Assembly (NCBI GenBank): GCA_043228905.1 | Contig: JBHGNT010000015.1 | Coordinates: 558,001-622,000 of the forward strand | DNA: 64,000 nucleotides | Source: Azolla caroliniana | Taxonomy: Eukaryota > Plantae > Polypodiophyta | Reading direction: 5' to 3' | Part shown: piece after piece, positions 1 through 10,976 of the stretch | Position numbering within the stretch: the first letter of the stretch is position 1 | How the letters are laid out: each line of letters starts with the position of its first letter | The notes under the pieces: generated by a model | What the model was told of the DNA's origin: nothing | Seen by the model: the letters and a program-made list of their open reading frames with translations, nothing else | Database searches by the model: none | Program-made: the position numbers and the translations under genes

Positions 1-551
1 AGCATGTGTTCAGATATCTGGCTGGCACAAAAGACCATGGCATTCTTTTCGGACCGAACCGAACCTCAGGCGTAGTCGGTTACACCGACTCGGACTTCGC
101 CGGCTGTATAGACAGTCGGAAATCAACAACCGGATACTGCTTCAAATTCGGCAATGGAGCAATCTCGTGGAAGTCGAAACTTCAGGAGTGCACAGCGACC
201 TCAACGACCGAAGCAGAATATGTAGCTGCGTCCGACGCAGCAAAAGAAGCTTTGTGGCTCGGTCGGCTGGCGCACACGTTTCGACAAGTCGAACATGACT
301 CGGCTCCAGTTGTCTACAGCGACAGTCAAGGTGCTGTTGCCTTGTCGAAAAATCCGGTTCACCACAACGCCTCCAAACATATCGACGTTCGATATCACTT
401 CGTTCGGGACTGCGTCATTTCAGGGAAAATCGGTCTAGAGAAAATATCCACAACCGATAATGTCGCAGATGGAATGACCAAATGTCTCTCGGCAGACCGT
501 TTTCGGTCTCTTCGGCATCAGATGGGCGTAACGACAAACCAGTCCGGTTAG
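1..551 (+). CDS. Ty1/Copia Pol C-terminus (end of RT, RNase H); 5' part outside window
   Basis: Copia RNase H motifs YTDSDFAG, STTEAEY, SDSQGA, KHIDVRYHFVR, NVADGMTK; stop at 549-551. Confidence 0.95.
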   Translation, partial: HVFRYLAGTKDHGILFGPNRTSGVVGYTDSDFAGCIDSRKSTTGYCFKFGNGAISWKSKLQECTATSTTEAEYVAASDAAKEALWLGRLAHTFRQVEHDSAPVVYSDSQGAVALSKNPVHHNASKHIDVRYHFVRDCVISGKIGLEKISTTDNVADGMTKCLSADRFRSLRHQMGVTTNQSG

Positions 552-744
552 AGCCGGACACAGAGCAGGATGGTTCCCGACAACCGACATCAGCTCCTTA
601 ATGATCGGCTTCAACTGTTCCGACCCGACCAGTTCGGTCTTCTGTCTTCGGATCCTGCCGACTCGAACAAAGCTGATATGTCCGAGAACCTAAGTCTATA
701 CCTGTAATCTTAGATAACCCATGTATACGCCCATTACGGGGGAG

Positions 745-1025
745 TGTCGAATACATGTGTATAATGGACGTATTCACACCATCCCGTTTTCGGCCATTTA
801 TGTAATTAGCATAAAGGGTAGTTGCCCTAAGTCGGTCACTATATATAGTGACCTTGTAACCTCTTTGTGAGGTTGGTTGTTGTATTGTTGCTTTATGAAA
901 TAAGAAACTCTTTTGTGTCTCTCTCTCTCTCTCTCTGTGCAACGACCTACATTCTGTCATACACAGGGAATAAACAGGAATCGAGTGCTTCAAGATCTTC
1001 CGCACAGACGACATTGCTTCCAACA
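745..1025 (+). mobile_element. Copia 3' LTR
   Basis: Polypurine tract ACGGGGGAG directly before TGTCGAA at 745; ends TTCCAACA at 1025, exactly where sequence matching the Gypsy A LTR resumes (AGGATCTCC). Confidence 0.85.
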
Positions 1026-1196
1026 AGGATCTCCTATGTACAACGTAAGGCGCGCGTGCATGAAGAGCCGGTTCCTACGCTCCGGTGCACCGATTCCGCT
1101 TGTGGACGGTTTTCTTCACGACATCCGCCCCCACCTAACCGCGCATCCACCGGCATGCGCCAAATTGAGTTGAGACGGAGAAAACCGGTCCAGCCT

Positions 1197-4100
1197 TTAT
1201 TTCCCGCCCGTCAGTTCTTCTTCGGTTTCGGATCGTTCGTCGTCTCGGTCCAGGTTATCCGGATCCGGCTCGTCGTCGTGACGCTTCTTGAACGCTTTGA
1301 CCCGCTTCCCAGCTACCGGTATCGCCATTCTCGTGCCATCGAGTTCCGCCAGATGGTACGTCCCGTTGTTGTTGGCGCTTTGTACCACGTAAGGCCCGAA
1401 CCACCTTCTTGCGAACTTCGGTGTCGCTTGGTGCTGGTTGTCGAGGCTGTTGTCGTAGATTAGCACCCAGTCGCCTTCCTCGATCTTCTTCGGTCGGAGC
1501 CGGTGCGTTCGGTCGAACCGGGCTTTGTTCCTCGTCCTTGCCACCCGAAGCTTTTCCGCAGCCTGCCCCACGTCCTCCGGTCTTCGCTCGAGCTGTCGTA
1601 TGCGCGCCGTCAACAGTTCCTCCTTGCTCATCTCGTCTCTCCAGTCCACGGTTGCCCATGAGGAGATCGTACGTTCCATCGGCATGATCGGCTTCTGCCC
1701 AAACATGAGCTCTGCCTACATGAATCCGGTTACCGAACTGTGCGTAGTTCGGTCCGCCCACAACGCGTAAGGCAACAGCCGTGGCTAGTTCCCGACTTGT
1801 CCTCCGCACGCCTGAACTAACGCCTTGACGATCGGTCCGTGTCCGCGCTCCACCTTCCCATTCGCCTCCGGATTGTACGCAGTGGTAAGCGAGAGCTTGA
1901 CTCCTAGCCGATCGAACAACTCCTCGGCCTCTTCGGCGTCCAACTCCCTGCGATCAGCCACGATCTTCCCGACGCACCCGTACCGGCATATCACGTCCTC
2001 AATCAGGAACCGACATATGGTCGTGGTTGTTTTGTTCTGAAGGGCTCGGCACGAACCGATGCACGTCCCGGTACAGTCCCGGCCACCAGTACTTCCCCTT
2101 TATCTTCTCGAACGTGGCCCACGTTCCTCAGTGACCAGCCCAAGGGCTGTCGTGGTAGGCCGTCAGCAGCTCCTCCTGTTCTTCCTTCATCGCCACCACC
2201 CGGAGCGGGACGTCGTTCCTCTTCTTCGGGTGCTTCCATAAGTATCCGTCCCGGAGAAAGAATCGGTATGCTTTCTTCCGGATCCGGTTGGCCTCGTCCC
2301 TCGTCCATGACGCATCTGGCGTCATTGTCCTAAAAAACCCACCGATCTGTAGCCACTCGCCGTCATACTTGCTCTCGTCGAAGTCGTTAAGTGCCGGAGT
2401 GCTCGTCCCATCGGTCGTCACATACGCCGCCTCGAAGAAGTCCACGCCGACTTCTTCGTCCTCTGAAACCATGCCGCCCTCGTCATCAAACCTCGCCCTC
2501 GAAAGCATGTAGGCCATGGCGTTGTCCTTTCCGGAAATGTGCCGTATTTCCGGATCCAGGGACTTGATGTACGCTATCCATCTGAGCATCGCCAGGTCCA
2601 GTGTTGCGCATCCGGAAACCATGCCGAGAATTGGCAGGCAATCCGTCTCGATAATCACTTCTGTCCCGATCAGGTAGTCTTTGTCGGCCTTTACTGCCGA
2701 AACGATACCCCAGAGTTCGCGTTTAACCTGGGCGTACCCTCGTTGTCGCTCACTGAGGACCTTCGCACCGAATCGGATCGGGAACCGAATGCCGTCCCTG
2801 TCTCCTTGGTTGACGACCCATCCGACCCCAGTCGGACTCGTATCCACCGTTATGTATACCGGGGTACCCTTCTCGTAGACAACCTTCCGGAGCGCCGGTG
2901 TTGCCGCAAGAGCTTCCTTCAGCTTCCGGACCGACTCCGTGTGCTCGTCTCGCCACTCGAATTTTCGCCCTTTCTTCAGCAACCCGTATAGCGGCTCCGC
3001 AACGTGGGCGTAATGCGGGATCCATATGTGGTAGAATGCGCATGCCCCCAGGAACCTCCGAACTTCCGTAACCGAGGTACAGTCGGTCTTCATCGCGGAG
3101 ATGGCTTCTACCTTTGCCGGAGACGGCTTCCGGCCATATGGTCCACATAGGTGTCCGACCACCAGAATTTCTGATTGCCCGAAGGCCGATTTCTCCCCCG
3201 AGAAGGTGAGCCTCGCATCCTCTAGCCTTTGTAGCACCTTCTCGCAGTCGTCAATGTGTGTTGCCACGAATCGCCGGCATCCGTCCGGCCCAACTGTCTC
3301 GTTCTTCTCTTCCACCGGGCACCCCTTGATCGGGATGTCGTCTAGAAATGGCATGGTGATGTCCGGGATGCAATCCCTCAGTACCTTGTTCATTGCATTC
3401 ACCATGTGGGCCACCGAGTTGGTCCCTCCTTGTGGCAGGGTACACATTCGCACTAGGCCAAGGGGAGTCTGCATCGTCGTAATGTCTCTGCTCTCCACGG
3501 CTAGCTGGAACTGGTCGTACCCCGAGTACAGATCACCGACCGAGTAAATCGACCTTCCGGCGAAGGCCTCCGCGAACTCGTCTATGGTCGGTCCGATTCC
3601 TGCGTTCCGAATGGTCACTCTGTTGACCGGCTGCAGGTCCTGAATGAAGCGCAATGTTCCGTTTTTCTTTGGTACGGTAAACCATCGGTTCGAGTATGGC
3701 GCGCTCGACGGTTCGAGAATACCCATATCGACTTTCTGCCTTAGTAGCTCCATCAACTCCGGGATGTGAGCTCTTGGTACCGGAATCGGCTTGAGATTCC
3801 ACGGCACATGCGGTACCATGAATATCACCATCGGCTCCACGATCGTCGGGTCTACGCACCCGATCTCTTCCGGCGAGAACGCGAAGGCTTTCCCGTGCCT
3901 TCCGAGCATTCTCCGAAACCGGTCTTCCTCCGCCGGTAGTAGGAACCCGCCCCCACCGATCTTGAGCTCCTGGAGCGTCCCGTCGGTGAAGGTGTGTCCT
4001 ATGCAGGCCGGATCTCGTAAACTAGGGTCCGACGCAACCCCTCTGATTCGGGAATCGCTGCCCTCCGGTAAGGGTGCCGCGACTGGCCTTACCTTCCGGT

Positions 4101-4515
4101 CCACAGTCTTGTACTTCGTGCTAACCCGGGCTGTCCGACCCGACCCGAGCCCCTGACTGAAGTCCGCGATGACTACGTACATCTCTTCGGAACATACCGG
4201 TATCGTCCGGTCTTCGTTAAGGTCTTCTTCGGCTACCTTCCTCAACATCCCCAAGGTGTCGTCGAAGGAGACCGCCTCCACGGCCCCGCTGATTTCCTCA
4301 TCCGGGCCGAGAACTCCGCACGCTCGAAGTCGCTCCTCCGCCCTTGCCCTTTCTCGACCAACGATGCCGGCTATCATACACCCTCCGTTGTTGGAGAAGC
4401 AGAATTTTCTACCTATCGCACAAGGTTTCTTCGGTTTCGATTCTATTGTACAGCTGTGGGGTCTTTCCCGAGTGTCCGGGCTGTCTCGGCCCCACGCCTT
4501 GGCAGCCCTCTCTAA
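1197..4515 (-). pseudogene. Element A Pol (RT, RNase H, integrase) with stops and an integrase deletion
   Basis: RT DLYSGYDQ, LPQGGTNS, PFLDD; RNase H TVDTSP, RELWG, ETDC; integrase TAYNPEANGKVER and GPY motif. Stops at 2128 and 1785; sequence jumps from LYRDVHRFV to RALQNKT near 2050. Confidence 0.9.
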
Positions 4516-5094
4516 AAATCCTCCCGGTTCTCGCCACCGAGGGATTCGCGGTTTCGCTCGTGGTTCGGCCGCACCGTCAGAAATTGGACCAAATGGCGCC
4601 CGTCCTGACTTTTGACCCTTGCGTAGGCTGAACCGTTGTCCAGCACCTTGGTCTCCATTCGCGCCGCCGTGATGTATGGTTCCCCTAATATGACCGGGTG
4701 CGAGGACGTCTCCTGTACGAAGAAGTGTTGGTCAATCTCGACGTCGCCAATCTTGACTCGCACGTTCGGGCAGGCCCCGTGCAGTTCCTCGGTGGCGCGC
4801 GTCGCCGCCCGTATCTTCCACCCGTGCTTGGTGTTGATCGGCCACTTTCCCTTCTTATAGAAGTCCATGGACATCAGGTTTATTTCCGAACCATGGTCCA
4901 CCAATGCCACCACCGGTTCCTGAACATCTCCGATCTTCACCGGGGTCTCCGTGGTTGCTCGGGCCCAGTGCGGCTTTGAATAGTGGCTCTCTGCCCACTC
5001 ATCTTCCAACGCCATGTCGTCGATGTGCGTTGTCCGCACCTCCACCGGTCTTTCCGGTTCCGTCTCCGTCGACAGCCTCTTCCGTTTCACCAGG
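4512..5094 (-). CDS. Element A aspartic protease, split from gag by element B
   Basis: ALVDHGSEINLMS and VILGEPY motifs; removing B plus one TSD copy restores EFHDSIVDL-VKRKRL in frame. Confidence 0.85.
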
Positions 5095-5223
5095 TGTCAG
5101 GAACTCTATTAAGGCAGAGAAGGAATTAGTACTAAAAGAAGGATTAGTACTATTGTTGGGGAATAGTACTAAGACAGAGAAGGATTAGTACTATGAGAGG
5201 TGTCGAACTTTGAGAGAAGGAAT

Positions 5224-5265
<42 letters not shown>

Positions 5266-5547
5266 TGATGCGAAAGATATATGTATTATATGACGGAAGA
5301 TATACAACAGTAGTTAGAAGGCTTAAGACTGGCGTTGAACCGATTTGGTTCGAACTAATGCCTTGCGCCTCCTTTTATAGTGTCTTCAGGAATACTCCTG
5401 AAGTTTCTAGAATGTTCCAGAGAAATCTGGAATATACATCAATTTCCCAATAAAACCTAAATGAAAATAATATCCTTCAAATTACAATTCATACCCTAAT
5501 GGTAAAGTCTCGACCCGTGTAACAAAAGGTTATGGGTTCGAGTCTAG

Positions 5548-8500
5548 TTATGACACTATCCCCCCTTTAAAACGACGAGTTTCACGAGTCGTTTTGGATT
5601 GAGGACCCGGTTTCTCGGGATATCGTCGATGGAAGTCTTCTAGAAGAGCACGAGCATTGGTCACATTCTCGATCGGTTCCCAAGTACGCTCGCTGGGACT
5701 ATATCCTAGCCAATCGACTAGATAGTAGAGCTTGTTGCGAACAATCTTGGAATCGAGGATGGCAGCGACCTCATACTCAGGTCCATCTTCGAGCTCGATA
5801 GGAGGTGGAGGTTGTATAGTACGTCCTGGGATAGTGCTCTCGTGATAGGGTTCGAGGAGAGAACTATGAAACACCGGGTGTATCCGAAGTTGCGGAGGTA
5901 GCTCGAGACGAAAAGCGACATCATTAATCTTCCCGATAATACGGAAAGGACCTAATCGCCGATAATCCAACTTCTCACATGGGCGAGTAGTCTTGATGTG
6001 TCGTCGTAGCAGCCACACCCGATCTCCAATGTTAAAACTGGATGGAAGTCGATGACGATCTGCGTAGTCCTTGTGTGATTGTTGAGCTTGCTGGAGTTGA
6101 GTAGATAAATCCGCTTGTATCTTGCGTAACCGCTCCAAACGATCCTCCGCGCAAGGATTTGTGGACACTTCTGGGGTTTCAAGGACACACCACCGGGGAT
6201 GATATCCCGTATAAGCGTAGAATGGCGTGACTTTAGTCGATGCGTGGATAGCGTTATTATAGGCAAATTCGGCGAACTGAAGAATATCTGCCCAGTCATT
6301 CTGATGATAGTTGAGAAAGCACCGCAGATACTGCTCCAGTGTTTGATTTGTTCGTTCGGCTTGACCGTCGGTTTGTGGGTGGTAGCCGGAGGAGAGGTTA
6401 CAAGTGACCTTCAGCATTTTAAAAAGGTGCTTCCAGAATTTTGACACAAACTGGGGTCCACGATCGCTGATGATATTATCAGGGAGTCCATGATGCCGAC
6501 ATACTTCCCGCATGACAATTTCGGCGGTGTCTTCACTAGATATTTCTTTAGTACATGGTAAGAAATGAGCCATCTTCGTATATCGATCCACCACTGTGAG
6601 AATCGCACTGAATCCCTTAGAGACTGGAAGATCTGTAATGAAGTCAAGAGCAATGGATTGCCATGGCTTGCTTGGAATTGGTAATGGTTCTAATAAACCA
6701 TATGGATGATGTCTTGGCATTTTCGCTCTGCAGCATGTATCGCAAGTCCGAACAAGATCTTCGACAAATTGTCGCATACGGGGCCACCAGAATGATCGTT
6801 GTACTAAATCTAATGTTTTAGTACTACCAAAATGTCCTGCTGTATATGTGTCATGGCAGTTTTGTACTACTCGAAGGCGGCAAGAACCATTAGGAACATA
6901 CAAAAGTTTTTTAAAGAAGAGTAATCCATCACAGTATTTGAATTGCCGATAATCCGTACCTGGTGATTGTGATTGTGAACATGACGCTCGAGAGGGGTCA
7001 ATTTGTGCTAGTATAGCTTGGGCGAAAGCGTCAGTCTTCAAGTCCTCACGTATAGTATTGGTAATGTCGGAATCCACGGGCATGTCAAAGACCTGTGCTG
7101 CTTGCAGTCGTGCTGGACCCAAGATTACTTGCTTCTGGTTATCGAAAGCTGGCTCACCGGGACGTGGTGTTAGATACGAACGCCGTGATAATGCATCTGC
7201 CTTCCCTTGGTGCTTCCCCGGACGATATGTAATTTTGAAGTCGAAGCGTGTGAGGAAGTGGGCCCACCGAGCTTGACGTCGATTCAGTACACGAGCATCT
7301 TGAAAGTAGGCAAGGTTCTTGTGGTCACTGAATACAGTGACCTGATGAGGAGATCCCTCCAGGAAATGCCTCCATTGCATAAAAGAATCAACTATTGCTA
7401 ATAGCTCTTTATCATGAATTTCGTAGTTGATTTCGGCGGCGTCAAACTTACGGGAGTGGAAAGCCACAGGATGTAGCTTCTCGTCGTTACCCTGTTGTGA
7501 CAGAATGCTCCCCAATGCGAAATCCGATGCATTAGCTTCGATAATGAATGGTTTTTCCGGATCCACATGACCTAAAATTGGAGCTGATGTAAACGCCTTC
7601 TTAAGACTCTCGAAAGCCATGTCCGTCTCTTTAGACCAAATGAATGATTGTCCCTTCCTGGTGAGCTGTGTGAGAGGCAGCACAATTTTTGAGTAATTTT
7701 GTATGAACTTCCGGTAGAAATTTGCAAAGCCTAGGAAGCATTGCACATCCCGCACCGAACGCGGAGTGTGCCATTCTATCACCGTTTTGACCTTGGCTGG
7801 GTCCATAGATATGCCTTCTGAGGAGATGACATAGCCGAGAAACTCCACTTGGTTGCACCCGAAACTACATTTCTCTAACTTTGCATACAGACCATGTTCT
7901 CGAAGTCGTTTTAGTACTAATAGTACATGAGAATCATGTTCTTCTTGGGTCTTTGAATAAACCAGTAGATCATCCAAATAGATGATCAAAAAATCATCCA
8001 AGAGATCTCGAAATATATCATTCGCCATGTGCTGGAAGACTGCCGGCGCATTAGTGAGTCCGAACGGCATGACCGTATACTCGAAGTGCCCATATCTGGT
8101 GCGAAACGCGGTCTTCCATTCATCTCCTGGTCGGATCCGTACGAGGTTATAGGCTCCTCGTAAGTCTATCTTCGTGAAGAACCTGGCACCGTTGATCCGT
8201 TCTAAAAGACTTGAGATAAGGGGAAGAGCATACCTATTTCTTACTGTGACCTTATTCAAGCCACGGTAATCTACAACGAGTCGAAGCGAGCCATCTTTTT
8301 TCTTGACGAAGAAAATGGGTGCGCCGGCTGGAGATTTCGAATGCCGAATGAAACCGTTCTCCAAATTCTCCTCTATATAGGCTCGAAGGACTTCTAGCTC
8401 GGTTGGTGACAAATTGTAGATCGGCCCCCATGGCGGCTCTTTTCCCGGTTGTAAGTCGATGGCGCAGTCGTACGGCCGATGATGAGGAAGTGTGTTGGCT

Positions 8501-9144
8501 TGTACTTTATCGAACACATCAGCATACTGACGATACTTCTCGGGAAGTTGAACGGTGGACTCCTCTTTGGTGGTGCTGGAGGGTTGTACTGATATTGCAA
8601 AGAGAAACATTTCCTCCTTGCGCCCTTCCTCACGCAACTGACGTAGCGAAATGGTTGCAACCTTCTGGGTAGATCCTTGGGTTTGTCGCAACCGGATTTC
8701 CCTTGTCCTCCAATCTATGTCTGGGTCATGTAACTCGAACCATGGTAATCCTAAAACTATGGGATGTTCTGGAATACTAATAATATTAAATGATACTACA
8801 CATGTTAAGTTATCTAGGACAATATTAACGGGTTCCGACTCTTCTATGATATTACCAGAAGCAATGGGACGACCATCAATGACTACTACTGAGGCTGGAC
8901 ATGGGAGCTTTCTGAGAGATATCTGATGAGCTCGGGCAAAATTCCTATCCATGAAGCAAGAATTAGCTCCGGAATCTAGAAGGGCTAAGGTATGTACTGG
9001 AGGGGTACTTTTAGTACTAACTGCTACTTGGGCTACGAACACATCACTAACTTGCTTAGAGGGAATGGAACCACTAATGGGCTGCACAGATCTAGGGCTG
9101 TCCAACCAAACGGCTCCTATTTTGGCTGGACTTAGTCGTTTAAC
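5548..9144 (-). CDS. Element B Pol: protease, RT, RNase H, integrase, chromodomain (-1 frame to gag)
   Basis: LLDSGA; IYLDD; HHCC plus DFIT/SDRGPQF/QTDGQAER; GPF; chromodomain EYEVAAILDS...YLVDWLGY...TWEP. Stop codon lies inside the 3' LTR. Confidence 0.96.
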   Translation of the reverse strand, partial: VKRLSPAKIGAVWLDSPRSVQPISGSIPSKQVSDVFVAQVAVSTKSTPPVHTLALLDSGANSCFMDRNFARAHQISLRKLPCPASVVVIDGRPIASGNIIEESEPVNIVLDNLTCVVSFNIISIPEHPIVLGLPWFELHDPDIDWRTREIRLRQTQGSTQKVATISLRQLREEGRKEEMFLFAISVQPSSTTKEESTVQLPEKYRQYADVFDKVQANTLPHHRPYDCAIDLQPGKEPPWGPIYNLSPTELEVLRAYIEENLENGFIRHSKSPAGAPIFFVKKKDGSLRLVVDYRGLNKVTVRNRYALPLISSLLERINGARFFTKIDLRGAYNLVRIRPGDEWKTAFRTRYGHFEYTVMPFGLTNAPAVFQHMANDIFRDLLDDFLIIYLDDLLVYSKTQEEHDSHVLLVLKRLREHGLYAKLEKCSFGCNQVEFLGYVISSEGISMDPAKVKTVIEWHTPRSVRDVQCFLGFANFYRKFIQNYSKIVLPLTQLTRKGQSFIWSKETDMAFESLKKAFTSAPILGHVDPEKPFIIEANASDFALGSILSQQGNDEKLHPVAFHSRKFDAAEINYEIHDKELLAIVDSFMQWRHFLEGSPHQVTVFSDHKNLAYFQDARVLNRRQARWAHFLTRFDFKITYRPGKHQGKADALSRRSYLTPRPGEPAFDNQKQVILGPARLQAAQVFDMPVDSDITNTIREDLKTDAFAQAILAQIDPSRASCSQSQSPGTDYRQFKYCDGLLFFKKLLYVPNGSCRLRVVQNCHDTYTAGHFGSTKTLDLVQRSFWWPRMRQFVEDLVRTCDTCCRAKMPRHHPYGLLEPLPIPSKPWQSIALDFITDLPVSKGFSAILTVVDRYTKMAHFLPCTKEISSEDTAEIVMREVCRHHGLPDNIISDRGPQFVSKFWKHLFKMLKVTCNLSSGYHPQTDGQAERTNQTLEQYLRCFLNYHQNDWADILQFAEFAYNNAIHASTKVTPFYAYTGYHPRWCVLETPEVSTNPCAEDRLERLRKIQADLSTQLQQAQQSHKDYADRHRLPSSFNIGDRVWLLRRHIKTTRPCEKLDYRRLGPFRIIGKINDVAFRLELPPQLRIHPVFHSSLLEPYHESTIPGRTIQPPPPIELEDGPEYEVAAILDSKIVRNKLYYLVDWLGYSPSERTWEPIENVTNARALLEDFHRRYPEKPGPQSKTTRETRRFKGGIVS

Positions 9145-10301
9145 TCTTCTTCTAATTGGCTAAGGACATCAAATTTGTTTGCGAGATTCAGACTATTAGT
9201 ACTATTAGGACTATTATGACTATGAGGATTATCAGAGATTCCTACTGAAATAGACTCGGGTTTAGTATAGTCAGAACTAACAATGACTTGGTTTACCTGC
9301 CTTCTTGGTCTATGGGGACAGTTTATCGCGATATGCCCTGGTCCACCGCAATAAAGGCATAATCGGTTTGTTCGGCGTCGTTGCTTTTCCTCCTCCGATA
9401 GCGGCCCACGACGACGTGTAGTGTCAATTTCCATTGGAGTTGGAGTACTTACTGGAGGCGCATTATGTGACTCCCTTTGAAAAGGTTTCGCTACCACTGA
9501 GGCATAGGTAGGCTCGGATCTTGCCCTCGGCATCTGAAATTGTCGTTCCGAACGTCGCTCGAAGAGGCGGTTGTCACATCTGACCGCTCGACTGATTGCT
9601 TCTGTTAATGATTTTGGCTCTTCAGGGAAAGTCAAGAGTAAATCCTTGACATCGTTGCGTAGACCATAGCGGAACTGCTCCATCAATGCTTGATCATCCC
9701 AGGGGATATCGGCGGCGAGTAGGCGGAAATCTGCAGCATATGCGGAGGCTGGACGGTCACCTTGGCGTAATCGCCGGATTTTGTTGATTGCAGTCCTTAT
9801 GCTGTCAGTATCTCCAAAACATGCTTTAAACTCACTTATGAATTCTTCAAAATTATTTAGTACTGGAGATTCCTTTTCTAATAGCGGAGCGAACCATGCT
9901 AATGCTGAGCCATTTAACAACGTGCCTACTAAACCCACTCGTGATGCATCGGTGGGATATCGGGACGGATGCATTTGAATAACTAACCGTACCTGGTTAA
10001 GAAACCCTCTAAACTGCGATCGCGTTCCATCGAACTTCGTGGGAAGGCCAATCTTGGGTTCTTTATGAATCCCTTGTGCTCCGTGCCCTTGTTGTTGCAT
10101 TGCTACGATGGTTGCTTCGAGTTGTTGCACGCGTAACGCAAGTTCCCCATGCTGTTGTTGCGTTTGCTGCTTTTCTAAGGAAATTTGCTAAAGATCCCCC
10201 AACAAGCGTTGATTTTCTTGTTCCAAAGCATGAAACTTCTCTTTCAAGCATTGAAATTCCGAGAAAACGGATTGATACTCTTCAGCGCTAACGGTGGCCA
10301 T
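9132..10301 (-). CDS. Element B Gag (PEG10/sushi-like capsid, CCHC knuckle) with in-frame TAG at codon 38
   Basis: ATG at 10301 (MATVSAEEY); TAG at 10188-10190; PTKFDGTRSQFRGFL, LRQG..ASAYAADF, CLYCGGPGHIAINC. Confidence 0.9.
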
Positions 10302-10519
10302 GGGATGAAGGAAAAGGGAAATAAGAGACTAGTAGGAAAGGAGGGAGACAGAAGGAAGAGGGAGACTAGTAGACAGAAATCGGTTCAAACTGTCAGGAAC
10401 TCTATTAAGGCAGAGAAGGAATTAGTACTAAAAGAAGGATTAGTACTATTGTTGGGGAATAGTACTAAGACAGAGAAGGATTAGTACTATGAGAGGTGTC
10501 GAACTTTGAGAGAAGGAAT

Positions 10520-10563
<44 letters not shown>

Positions 10564-10976
10564 TGATGCGAAAGATATATGTATTATATGACGGAAGATA
10601 TACAACAGTAGTTAGAAGGCTTAAGACTGGCGTTGAACCGATTTGGTTCGAACTAATGCCTTGCGCCTCCTTTTATAGTGTCTTCAGGAATACTCCTGAA
10701 GTTTCTAGAATGTTCCAGAGAAATCTGGAATATACATCAATTTCCCAATAAAACCTAAATGAAAATAATATCCTTCAAATTACAATTCATACCCTAATGG
10801 TAAAGTCTCGACCCGTGTAACAAAAGGTTATGGGTTCGAGTCTAGTTATGACACCAGGTCCACAATGGAGTCGTGGAACTCCTTCTTGGCGATCCCTAGC
10901 ACCTCTCGCAATGACAGCTCCACTTTGCTGTCGAGGATCCGTTCTTCTAGGACCTTTCGTAGGTCCGTAGTCCTTT

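Larger units (their letters stand above)
5095..10853 (-). mobile_element. Ty3/Gypsy chromovirus B, full length, recent insertion
   Basis: LTRs 5095-5555 and 10391-10853 (TGTCA...TGACA), identical by eye except (GA)n length; 5-bp TSD CCAGG at 5090-5094 and 10854-10858; PPT AAAGGGGGGATAG next to 5555. Confidence 0.97.

Noticed and set aside
10182-10190. Programmed stop-codon readthrough in gag of B
   Set aside because: Context TAG CAA ATT does not fit the CARYYA motif; a CAG-to-TAG mutation is simpler.
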